Notes under the pieces: model-generated | What the model was told of the DNA's origin: nothing | Database searches by the model: none | What the model saw: the letters and a program-made list of their open reading frames with translations, nothing else | Made by a program: the position numbers and the translations under genes | Shown: positions 55,726 through 64,000 of the stretch, one piece after another | Position numbering within the stretch: position 1 is the stretch's first letter | Layout: every line of letters starts with the position of its first letter | Source: an uncultured bacterium | GTDB lineage: Bacteria > UBP14 > UBA6098 > B30-G16 | Assembly (NCBI GenBank): GCA_965552135.1 | Contig: CBEVQY010000002.1 | Coordinates: forward strand, 1-64,000 | Length of the DNA stretch: 64,000 bases | Direction: 5' to 3'

Positions 55726-56282
55726 TGAGCGCTTTTTGGAAATCGTTGTCCGTCGCTTTGGCTGCGGCTTCGGTCTTAGCGGCTGCACCCGAGGACTCCG
55801 TATGGGTCCACATCGAGGCGGTCGACGCAACGATCGACAAAGCGGGCAAGGTCGTGGTAAAAGCGCTTTGGTCCGCATACAAAAGCAGCTACAGCGAATC
55901 CACAAAAAGCTGGGGCGACTGGTTCCCCATCTTGGACGAAAACCTAAAATTCCTTGCGCAATGCGCCACAGACAGCCTATTTACAAACATAGTAGCCGCA
56001 GGGACGACAGATGCACAAAGCTTCGTCTTCGCAGGGCTTGAGAAGGGAAAGAGGTACTTCGTAAGGTCAAGGCTTGTGGGCTTCGACGGCTTATGCAGAA
56101 GCGATGTGGCATCGGTGGAGGTATCAGGGAAAAGCATTTTCAAAGCCTTCTGGGCACAAAACGACAGGTTTTGGGCTTTGGTGTGCGGCATAGGAGCAAC
56201 AGCGCTTGGGATGAGCACAATAGGCGTCGTCATTGTTCGAGAAAAACGCAAGCAAAAAGCAAAAGGAGGAGGAGATGATTAA
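55722..56282 (+). CDS. Small exported FN3-like protein with C-terminal TM anchor
   Basis: Signal peptide; ATDSLFTN...FAGLEKGKRYFVR; hydrophobic segment followed by basic tail REKRKQK. Confidence 0.7.
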   Translation: MMSAFWKSLSVALAAASVLAAAPEDSVWVHIEAVDATIDKAGKVVVKALWSAYKSSYSESTKSWGDWFPILDENLKFLAQCATDSLFTNIVAAGTTDAQSFVFAGLEKGKRYFVRSRLVGFDGLCRSDVASVEVSGKSIFKAFWAQNDRFWALVCGIGATALGMSTIGVVIVREKRKQKAKGGGDD

Positions 56283-57615
56283 AAGGAGCCTGTACTTGCT
56301 GGGTGTGGTGGCTGGGCTGCTTTTCGCGCCACGGGTCGTGGTTGCGCAGGAGGTCCAAGACTCCATATGGGTCCACATCACCAGCGCAGATGAAGGCAAA
56401 GACGAGAAGGGCAAGCTACAGGTAGTGATAACGTGGGAGGTTTACAAAAAAGTCTACAACAAACGGCGCATGACCTACGGCAGCTGGGAGAAGATCCCAA
56501 ACCCCAAGGAGCTTGGCTTCACCTTCAGACCCGAGGTCGCCACCGACTCGATGTTCCAGAACATAGCCAAGCAAACCGAAACCCAAGAGCTCTCGTACAC
56601 GTTCACCGGACTGGACTGGGGTCAGCACTACTGGTGGCGCGTGGAGCTTGTGAACCCAGTTGCGCCCCACAAGTGGGACTTCGCCGAAGGCATTCTGCAC
56701 AAACACCAAGCCGTTATCAAAAAGCGCAAAGGCATCATAGGCTATTACATAGATATGGTCTCCAAGGGCGGAACGCCGTTTATGATTGCCCAGCACGCGC
56801 TTCTTCTCTTCGGAATAGTCACCTGGATCCTTATCTGGCGGCGGATGTGGCTTGCGAACATCTTCCCGCCCAACAAGCCGGGGCTGCTCTATAGGCTCCT
56901 TCCCGTCGACCGCGTCGGAAAGACCGAAATGTACAGCGAAAAAGGCAACATCTTCCTGCGCGAGGTGGCGAAATACTGGTCGAAGGCTATGGAGGCGATG
57001 TCGGTAGGACCGGAGCACTTCTCCTCCCCCGACGAGTACGTTAAGGCTTCGCGGCAGCAGCAGGAGGAGCTTGAGAAGAAGATCTGGCTTGAGGTTGGTC
57101 TTCCCAACGTAGAGCGCGCGATAGAGATTTGCAAAAACGGCGTTCCCGGCATAAAGCTTCCGAAGAAGCCTTTGGAATACCCGACGGTTCGCGTACTTTT
57201 GGCGGCGCTTGAGAACCACCGCGCCAACAAGAACAACTTCTGGGCATCGCAGGAGATGGACCGCGCCGCGGAAAACACCGTCCTCAAAGAGATAGACGAG
57301 CTTAAGGGCTGGGAGCTAACCGCCCTCTGGGCAGTGGGTTCCATCGAGCCTATGCTGGGGCTGTTCGGAACGGTGGTCGGCATAAGAACGGCGTTTATGA
57401 AGATCGAAGAGACCATCAAGCTCAACCCCGCCGCTCAGCTCACACAGGTTGTGCCGCAGCTTGCCGGAGGAATCCACGTGGCGCTTATCACGACCATACT
57501 CGGTCTTACCTTCGGAATCCCGATGATGCTCGTCCACTACTACTACCGCGGCAAAGTGGACTGGGTGTTCGGAAAGTGGGAGGAGATCATGACCGATATC
57601 CTCAACCAGGCATAA
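56275..57615 (+). CDS. MotA/TolQ/ExbB proton-channel protein with N-terminal periplasmic FN3-like domain
   Basis: Signal peptide VVA|Q; KGG before TM1; PMLGLFGTVVGI and GGIHVALITTILGL..GIP; start ATG 56275 after GGAGGAG. Confidence 0.9.
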   Translation: MIKRSLYLLGVVAGLLFAPRVVVAQEVQDSIWVHITSADEGKDEKGKLQVVITWEVYKKVYNKRRMTYGSWEKIPNPKELGFTFRPEVATDSMFQNIAKQTETQELSYTFTGLDWGQHYWWRVELVNPVAPHKWDFAEGILHKHQAVIKKRKGIIGYYIDMVSKGGTPFMIAQHALLLFGIVTWILIWRRMWLANIFPPNKPGLLYRLLPVDRVGKTEMYSEKGNIFLREVAKYWSKAMEAMSVGPEHFSSPDEYVKASRQQQEELEKKIWLEVGLPNVERAIEICKNGVPGIKLPKKPLEYPTVRVLLAALENHRANKNNFWASQEMDRAAENTVLKEIDELKGWELTALWAVGSIEPMLGLFGTVVGIRTAFMKIEETIKLNPAAQLTQVVPQLAGGIHVALITTILGLTFGIPMMLVHYYYRGKVDWVFGKWEEIMTDILNQA

Positions 57616-57630
57616 CAGGGAGGGGCTGGG

Positions 57631-58170
57631 ATGAAACAGCACAAGGCAGAACTCCCAAAGGCGCAGTGGACCTCACTTATCGATATAATCTTCCAGCTTC
57701 TGATATTCTTCATGGTCACGATGGCGCTGGGTACCCTCCAGCAACAGGCAGCAGCTGCGGTTAAAGGCGAGGAGAAGAAGGAATTGCCCAAACTTCCGCC
57801 GGTGGAGAAGCTTGCGACGCCACAGGAACTTACGGAGGGCTTCCTTCTGCACGTGGACAAGATCCAAAAACCTCCCTTCAACGGCAAGCTTGGCGCCTAC
57901 ATCCTCGACCCGCAGTGCCCCACCGTCAAGGACGCAGAAGCCGATAGCCTCCACCGCCACGGACCGTTCACCCTCGCCAAAGCCAAAAGGGAGCTCCAGA
58001 GGCGGATAGAGGAGAAGATCTTTATGGGTGAGCCGCCACCAAGGCTCGAGATAAGAGCCCACAAAGACACGCCATTCAGCTTCATCCTCGACGTTATGGA
58101 GTTCTGCGACGCCGACTCCATCGAAGTTGTGGGATTTAGGTTCGCGAACATAAAGCGACCCCTTCGATAA
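57631..58170 (+). CDS. ExbD/TolR family protein 1
   Basis: TSLIDIIFQLLIFFMVT TM with the conserved Asp; C-terminal IRAHKDTPF..ILDVM. Confidence 0.88.
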   Translation: MKQHKAELPKAQWTSLIDIIFQLLIFFMVTMALGTLQQQAAAAVKGEEKKELPKLPPVEKLATPQELTEGFLLHVDKIQKPPFNGKLGAYILDPQCPTVKDAEADSLHRHGPFTLAKAKRELQRRIEEKIFMGEPPPRLEIRAHKDTPFSFILDVMEFCDADSIEVVGFRFANIKRPLR

Positions 58171-58184
58171 CGGAGGTTCAAGAT

Positions 58185-58754
58185 ATGAGAGCAAGGTACG
58201 AACCATTGCCTGAAACCGAGCTCACGTCGATGGTGGACATAATCTTCCAGCTTATGATCTTCTTTCTGGTCACGCTTTCGGTGATGCCAGCGGTGAAATC
58301 GGCGCCCCAGGTGGAGGGCATAATGAACCTTCCCACCCCGAAGCGCGGCGACTCGGAGGCTTCGATGCTCATCCAACTCCACAAAACCCCGCAGGGCGGA
58401 ATAGACTACTACGTCCTCCAGGGAAACGACCAATCCGCCAAGTTCTACAACTGGTTCAAGGACAAGAGGCAGGTTGTGAACATCCCCTCCGCCTACATTG
58501 CGTTCCGCAACGCGGTTGCGCGCTACAACGTTCTCTACACCGAGCAGACGCTGCGGGGGCTTCTGCAGGAGGTTCGCGACAACGACCCAGCCGTCATCAT
58601 CCGCGCGCCGGGAAACCTGCCCTACGGAGAAGTGGTCAAAATAACGGGCATGATGCACTCGCTGGGCATAGCCAAGATAGCATGGGTTAAGGGCACCCTC
58701 GCCGATATGAAGGTCGAGATAAAGCGCGCCAGAGCCAGGAGGCGACAGATATGA
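58185..58754 (+). CDS. ExbD/TolR family protein 2
   Basis: TSMVDIIFQLMIFFLVT TM with the conserved Asp; NLPTP; IIRAPGNLPYGEVV. Confidence 0.88.
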   Translation: MRARYEPLPETELTSMVDIIFQLMIFFLVTLSVMPAVKSAPQVEGIMNLPTPKRGDSEASMLIQLHKTPQGGIDYYVLQGNDQSAKFYNWFKDKRQVVNIPSAYIAFRNAVARYNVLYTEQTLRGLLQEVRDNDPAVIIRAPGNLPYGEVVKITGMMHSLGIAKIAWVKGTLADMKVEIKRARARRRQI

Positions 58755-59296
58755 CGAAAAAACAAGCTTACATACTCCTCGCTTCGATTGCACTTGCCGC
58801 GCTTGTTGTGGGATGCGCACGCCAGGAGGAATCGTACATAAACCTGCCGGAGGGTCCCAAAATACTCTTCCGCGGCGGAATGGGAAAGATAACGATACGC
58901 TACACGCCACCGCCCGACCCCATATTCCGCATCTCCAACGCGACAGAGTATATAGAGTTCCAGTACATCAAGGACAATTTCGGCATCCCCGACAAGCCGA
59001 TCATCGTCGAATACACCGTGGAGACATCCGTTATTTCTCCCATCATAGTTCAGCGGACGAACAACCCGCAGTTCAACGACTACATAGTAAGGGCGCTTCA
59101 GGGCTGGATTTACACCCGCTACGGCAGGGGCGTTATGCGCATCTCTGTGGATGTAGCCAAGAAGCGCATAGTCGTCGATCCAAGCGGGATCAAGCTTGCG
59201 CAGCAGGAACCCGGTCGCCCCGCGCCACGGCTGGGAAACGTGAGAGAGCTTGTGCGACAAACAGGATTCACCGTTGTGGCAGGCTCGCTTTTCTGA
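58751..59296 (+). CDS. Lipoprotein with a TonB C-terminal-like domain
   Basis: Lipobox-like LVVGC; IVEYTV...IIVQRTNNPQFNDYIVRALQGWIY resembles the TonB_C beta-beta-alpha pattern; directly follows exbB-exbD-exbD. Confidence 0.5.
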   Translation: MTKKQAYILLASIALAALVVGCARQEESYINLPEGPKILFRGGMGKITIRYTPPPDPIFRISNATEYIEFQYIKDNFGIPDKPIIVEYTVETSVISPIIVQRTNNPQFNDYIVRALQGWIYTRYGRGVMRISVDVAKKRIVVDPSGIKLAQQEPGRPAPRLGNVRELVRQTGFTVVAGSLF

Positions 59297-59342
59297 GCAG
59301 GCAAGCAAAACCTTTTCGAATATAAAGACGGAGGATTGCCCA

Positions 59343-62300
59343 ATGAGGAGATGGGCGTTGTTTGCACTGCCTTTGGCTTTATGCGCGTTAGCTACCTCCC
59401 AAGAGACTGATCTTGCGAGCGTTACGGCAAAGCTTGACCAGGGCGTCAGGTCGTATCAATCGGGGAAGCTTGATGAGGCTTTGGCGCCCTTCCAGGAGGC
59501 TGCATCTGGATTCGAGCAGCTTCTGCAGTCGGGTGCGCTCACCCGCGAGGACGACGCCTACGCCCGATACTTCCTCGCAACGGCGCAGTACTACATCGCA
59601 AGAATCCAGAAGGACGCATCCCTCTTCGAGAAAGCCGACCAAACGTTCCAGGAGGCGGCAAAGGCTTTCTTGGACCTCGAGATAGTGGGCGAGGAGTACG
59701 TGCGCTCCCAGTACCTCAGGGCGCTTTGCTCCTTCAGGCTGTATCAGCTTGCCAAAACCGAGCGCAACAAGGCAAAGCGCCTCGACCAGGCGATAGGTGA
59801 TTTCTCCGCCTTCCTCGCCGACGAGAACGTCCAGAAAAACGCAAAGGACTTCCCGGAGCTCATCGACAACGCAAACTACTACCTCGGCTACTGCAACGCC
59901 ATGCTCGGATACCTCAAGTCGTTCAGCCCGTCCACCTACTCCAACGCCAAAAAGCACTATGAGGATGCGCTTTCGGCTTTTTCCGCCGCCAAGAAAGCCG
60001 GCGACGAGCGCCTGAGTCTTGCCGCAGCGTACATGGAGGCTTGCTGCCACTACCTCATCGCAAGGCTCTACCTCCACGTGGAGGAGAAGAACTGGGAGAG
60101 GTTCAAGCTTTCGCAAAAGGATCGCATCGCCGCCGTCGAGGAGGAGCTTGATCAGGCGCTGAGCCTGCTTGATAAGATGATATCCTCCGCCGGCACGCAG
60201 AAGGACCTGCAGATGTTCGGCAAGGTTGCCAGGCTTGTGAACATGATCACCTACGGCTCGGTGGGCGCAAAGGACAAGCTGACCGACGCGATGAACGAGC
60301 TTGTTGACCTCCGCAACAACTCCACCTGGGGCACCGAGGCGCTGATACGGATGGCCGATGCATCGTATCTGAACTTTTTGATCTTCAGCGGTGCGCCGAA
60401 GACCGCACTGACCAACCTCGGGCGCGTGGTCGATAAAACCCCCGAGGCGCTGTATATGGCGGGCTGGGTACAGTACATCCAGGGGGATTACGCCGACGCC
60501 AACAGCAAGTTCAGCAGCTTTGCCGCAAAAGCCGCCTCAGCCAGGTCAACGCGGATGAAGGAGATGGTGGCGGACGCAAAGTTCCGGCAGGCGGAGTGCC
60601 TGTTCTGGCTTGGAGTCAAGCAGGGCAATCCGGCTCTTCTGGGGCAGGCCGACAACATCTACGAGGCGCTCGAAAACCCCCAGGGCGAATACTACGAATA
60701 CCTCACCAAAGACGCTCAGGACATAGTGGCTATCCGTCGGTTCCTCATAGAGATAGAGACGAGCCTTGGCAAGGAGCGTGACGTAAGCGTTTTCGACGCC
60801 GCCATGGCGCTTGCGGGGCTGCAGCTCCCCCGCGACGCCGAAAAATACATAAACGCCGGGAAGTACTTCCTGCAAAAGGGTATAGAGACGGCTGCGAAGG
60901 AGCGCGAGACGGCGCTTAGGTTCGCCATCCACGCGTTCGACAAGGTCCTGGGGGCTGCGGTGTCTCCTAACCTGAAGAACAAGGCGAGGTTCATGAAGGG
61001 CGTTGCGCTCGTCAAGCTCGCCACCGTCCAGGAAAAGGACAAGGCACCCTCCACGATCGCCGAGGCTAAATCGGTCCTCGACGGATGCACATCCCCATAC
61101 ACCGACGAGGCAAAGTACGTGCAGGGGATAGGCTACTTCAACATAAACGACTACGACAAGGCGACGCCGATTCTCCAGCAGCTCAAGGGCAAGGGTCACA
61201 TCCGCGCCGCCTTTGCCTACGCAATAATCCAGGAGGAGCGCCACAACTGCACCGCCGCCGCAAAGGCGCTTGGATCCATTCTGGCCACAATCCGCGACAG
61301 AACGGACTACTGGTATCAGAAGGCTGACCTTGAGCTTTCGAAGCTTGCGTGTCGCAATGCCGCAAGCGGCGCACCACAACTCCCCGCGTTCAGGAATCCT
61401 CCTATGACCTACGAAAACTTGGTCGACGAGGAGGCGGAGCGAGCGCGTAAAAAGCGCGAAGCGCTCTTTATGTGGCAAAGGGCGTCGAGGTTTTTGAAGT
61501 ATCCCGACATAGACAAACTTATCCCCGACAAGCCGCCGGAGACGAACGTCACCCTCGAGATAGCCATCGAGCCGCCCGGAGGCGAAGAGGTCCTCCTCAT
61601 CGACGACAAGGAGGGATTAGCCAAGCTCGTTCAAAACTCCATCTACAAGGTCACTCTCAACCGCGGCAAGCACAAGGTGACGGTCAAGAAAAAGGGCTTT
61701 TACCTTCTCGAGCAGGAGATCAAGGTCAGCAAGTCGGAGCGGATAACGGTCAGTTTGAAGAAGGCGGTTCGCTACACGCCCGCCGGCGAGCTTTCGGGCA
61801 CGAAGAACAGCATCGCCACAGCCGCAACGGAGGGCGGGATCTTCGTCGTCAACGCGGGCGAAAACGCAATACTTCGCCTCAACGAGGACGGCAAGGTCGT
61901 GGAGAAACTGAGCTTCTTTGACTACGACCTGGGCTCTGTGGGCGACCTCGCCCTCGACGGCGACCTCCTGCTCGTAACCGACCCGCAGCGAAATCAGGTT
62001 ATCGGGATCTCGCTTGCCGAGGAGGAGGTGCCCGAGGTCCCCGCCGAAAGCGTCGGCACCGACACATCCGCCGCCGAGCAGGCCGCAGCGCCCAAGCCCA
62101 CAGGACACAAATACAAAACCACTGTCATCGCCTACGGCGGCGAGACTTACGGAACATCACCCCTCTCAAGACCCGGCGGGATAGCGGTTGCCGAGGGCAA
62201 GTACTTCATCGCCGACGCCGGCAACCACAGGGTTGTCGTGTTCGAGGGCTCCTCGTACAGAAAGGACATAGGCGCAGACAGGCTTTCGCACCCAGTCGAC

Positions 62301-62651
62301 GTCGCCGTGGGCAACGGGATACTCTACGTTGCCGACATAGGTCTGGGCAAGATCGTGAGGTTCACCACGGCGGGCGAGTACATCGACGAGATCGCCCTCA
62401 AGGACCAAACGCAGCCCGTTGCGGTATTCGTGAGCCCCGAGGGGTTCGTCTTCGTGAGCGACTTCGTGCGGAACAACGTGATCAAGTACACGCCCGAGCT
62501 TAAGCCTCTGTCGGTTGCGGCGGGAGATATATCTGCACCCAGGGGCATAGCCCAGGTGGGCACGGGGCCCGAGTCGGTCGTCTACGTCGCCGACCTTGAG
62601 GGGGTGACCATCCTCAAGGGCGGATGGGACAACACCTACATGCCCGAATAA
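59343..62651 (+). CDS. Large exported TPR + PEGA-like + NHL-repeat protein
   Basis: Signal peptide ATS|Q; long TPR-like helical region; GKHKVTVKKKGF (PEGA-like); PGGIAV...IADAGNHRV and PVDVAV...YVAD (NHL). Confidence 0.8.
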   Translation: MRRWALFALPLALCALATSQETDLASVTAKLDQGVRSYQSGKLDEALAPFQEAASGFEQLLQSGALTREDDAYARYFLATAQYYIARIQKDASLFEKADQTFQEAAKAFLDLEIVGEEYVRSQYLRALCSFRLYQLAKTERNKAKRLDQAIGDFSAFLADENVQKNAKDFPELIDNANYYLGYCNAMLGYLKSFSPSTYSNAKKHYEDALSAFSAAKKAGDERLSLAAAYMEACCHYLIARLYLHVEEKNWERFKLSQKDRIAAVEEELDQALSLLDKMISSAGTQKDLQMFGKVARLVNMITYGSVGAKDKLTDAMNELVDLRNNSTWGTEALIRMADASYLNFLIFSGAPKTALTNLGRVVDKTPEALYMAGWVQYIQGDYADANSKFSSFAAKAASARSTRMKEMVADAKFRQAECLFWLGVKQGNPALLGQADNIYEALENPQGEYYEYLTKDAQDIVAIRRFLIEIETSLGKERDVSVFDAAMALAGLQLPRDAEKYINAGKYFLQKGIETAAKERETALRFAIHAFDKVLGAAVSPNLKNKARFMKGVALVKLATVQEKDKAPSTIAEAKSVLDGCTSPYTDEAKYVQGIGYFNINDYDKATPILQQLKGKGHIRAAFAYAIIQEERHNCTAAAKALGSILATIRDRTDYWYQKADLELSKLACRNAASGAPQLPAFRNPPMTYENLVDEEAERARKKREALFMWQRASRFLKYPDIDKLIPDKPPETNVTLEIAIEPPGGEEVLLIDDKEGLAKLVQNSIYKVTLNRGKHKVTVKKKGFYLLEQEIKVSKSERITVSLKKAVRYTPAGELSGTKNSIATAATEGGIFVVNAGENAILRLNEDGKVVEKLSFFDYDLGSVGDLALDGDLLLVTDPQRNQVIGISLAEEEVPEVPAESVGTDTSAAEQAAAPKPTGHKYKTTVIAYGGETYGTSPLSRPGGIAVAEGKYFIADAGNHRVVVFEGSSYRKDIGADRLSHPVDVAVGNGILYVADIGLGKIVRFTTAGEYIDEIALKDQTQPVAVFVSPEGFVFVSDFVRNNVIKYTPELKPLSVAAGDISAPRGIAQVGTGPESVVYVADLEGVTILKGGWDNTYMPE

Positions 62652-62732
62652 CAGCCGATGGGACGCGGGGGATGGGTGCGGTCCAGATGGGGACCACATT
62701 CGAGGCGTCTGGGATCACGGTCAAGTCGGTCC

Positions 62733-64000
62733 ATGCCGGGAAAGGGGCGATATTCAAAAGGGCTCCTGGCGCTGCTGGGAGTCCTTGTTCTTTGTGCGGC
62801 AAGCCACGCCATAACGGTCGACTCTCTACAGACGTGGGCGCAAAACACGTTCTGGGGCCGCTACGTTCCGCCCGACAGCCTGCTCTACGCATACAGGCTC
62901 GCCGTCGCATGCGGCGACTTCCCAACGGCAACGTTCCTGGCGGCGGGACTATCATATATCCTGTTCGGAACGATAGACTCAGCGCTGTGCGACATCGCAT
63001 ACTGCCTTGGGAAATCGGGCGACATAAGCGCTGCCCGAGCCTTCGCAAAACGCGCCCTAAAGCTTGCCCCAAACTCACCCCAAGCCATCTACGTTCACGC
63101 GCTGACGCTTGCGTGGGGCGGAAGCTTCCGCAAGGCGAGGAAGGTGCTCAGGAAGGCTCTTGCAGAAGCGGCTGACACCTCGAGCCGAAATTTTTTCCAC
63201 AAAGCCCTCGGTCTTGTTTTGACGATGCGCGGCGACGCCGCGGGGGCGATGCGCCACTTCAGGCGGGCGGAGGGCATAAGCGCACACGGCGCAGGAAAGC
63301 CAATGTTCCAGGCAAAGCTTTTTGCACAACGCATCGCCTACGGCGCCGTCGTGGGGAGCCTATACGTCCGCGAATACATAGGGAAACCCGTGATAGTCCT
63401 GCGCCTGCGACCAACATTTAAGTGGCTCGACGGAAGCAGCTTTTCGTCTGCGCCGATGCCCGTTGAGCAGGTCTGCCAGCTTTTCGGCTCACCCTACTTC
63501 CAGCGCGGAGTTGGCAGGTGTGCGGCGATAACGATCCCGCGCTGGGACGGCATCCCTGTGGGCGGGGAGATGTCCCTCTGGATCGTTTACGTCGACGAGA
63601 AGGGCGAGCTCGACTCGACTTTGGTGCCGGTTTCGGGCGGAGTTTTGGGCTTTCCCGCCGCCGACAGCTTCGTCGTCGCTGTGCAGGAGCTCAGGCGCAG
63701 CGCGATCCGCGCCTGGTTCGACACGCTGGTGAAGTACACCCCCACGCTGCGCAACCCGTTCTGGCAGTTTGTCCTTTCGTTTCGCGCTGCGGATGCGCTG
63801 CTCGACTCGTCGAAGTGGAGCGCGGGCGAGGCGTTCCTCGACTCCGTCATCGCCGCTGCTCCGTACATCCCCGAACTCTACATCTGGCGCGGCGCATTCG
63901 CACTCTTCCAGCAAAAGTACGATACGGCGTACGCCTACTTCTCCATCCCCGCGCTGCGCGACAGCTGCAACACAGACGCCCTCTACGATGCGGGCGTGGC
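62733..64000 (+). CDS. Exported TPR-containing protein, truncated by the right edge (absent from the ORF track)
   Basis: Manual translation: MPGKGRYSKGLLALLGVLVLCAASHA, then TPR-like helices (AKRALKLAPNSPQAIYVHA, AAPYIPELYIWRG); open to 64000; alternative in-frame ATG at 62658. Confidence 0.72.
   Translation, partial: MPGKGRYSKGLLALLGVLVLCAASHAITVDSLQTWAQNTFWGRYVPPDSLLYAYRLAVACGDFPTATFLAAGLSYILFGTIDSALCDIAYCLGKSGDISAARAFAKRALKLAPNSPQAIYVHALTLAWGGSFRKARKVLRKALAEAADTSSRNFFHKALGLVLTMRGDAAGAMRHFRRAEGISAHGAGKPMFQAKLFAQRIAYGAVVGSLYVREYIGKPVIVLRLRPTFKWLDGSSFSSAPMPVEQVCQLFGSPYFQRGVGRCAAITIPRWDGIPVGGEMSLWIVYVDEKGELDSTLVPVSGGVLGFPAADSFVVAVQELRRSAIRAWFDTLVKYTPTLRNPFWQFVLSFRAADALLDSSKWSAGEAFLDSVIAAAPYIPELYIWRGAFALFQQKYDTAYAYFSIPALRDSCNTDALYDAGV

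Noticed and set aside
56275..58754. Interpretation as flagellar stator or Zorya-type defence motor
   Set aside because: The partner subunits are ExbD-like without an OmpA-type peptidoglycan-binding domain, and there are no flagellar or zorC/D/E-like genes
62624..63175. 183-aa plus-strand ORF from the track
   Set aside because: An overlapping frame (from 62658/62733) gives a signal peptide and TPR helices and stays open to the window end, so it is the better gene

Overview
A gene-dense, GC-rich bacterial chromosomal window with no transposase, integrase, prophage structural cluster, CRISPR array or rRNA that I can support. The left two-thirds is mostly housekeeping and metabolism: tRNA-Gly/tRNA-Cys, gcvT, comB, ttcA-like, a probable serine palmitoyltransferase, ftsX, dut, a lone pilB, a four-gene 2-oxoacid:ferredoxin oxidoreductase operon, lnt, a glutaminyl-cyclase-like M28 lipoprotein, a DUF2723/TMEM260-like glycosyltransferase, a TonB-dependent receptor, a NifX-like/Fe-S ATPase cluster, two histidine kinases and an RluA-family synthase. 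Four secreted proteins end in 'PNPFN...G-x-Y' T9SS/FlgD-type C-terminal domains, and there are two PorV/UPF0164-like barrels. From these I infer a diderm, probably anaerobic, FCB-superphylum-like organism. The most striking region is the co-oriented cluster at 45653..>64000. It encodes two very large Ig/FN3-repeat surface proteins, a PorV-like barrel fused to TPRs, a small membrane-anchored FN3-like protein, an ExbB/TolQ/MotA subunit carrying a paralogous copy of that FN3-like domain, two ExbD/TolR subunits, a TonB-C-like lipoprotein and two TPR proteins. It is a candidate proton-motive-force-driven surface-protein export, adhesion or motility machine combining T9SS-like cargo with an Exb/Agl-type motor. 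All family assignments come from motif recognition by eye, not database searches.
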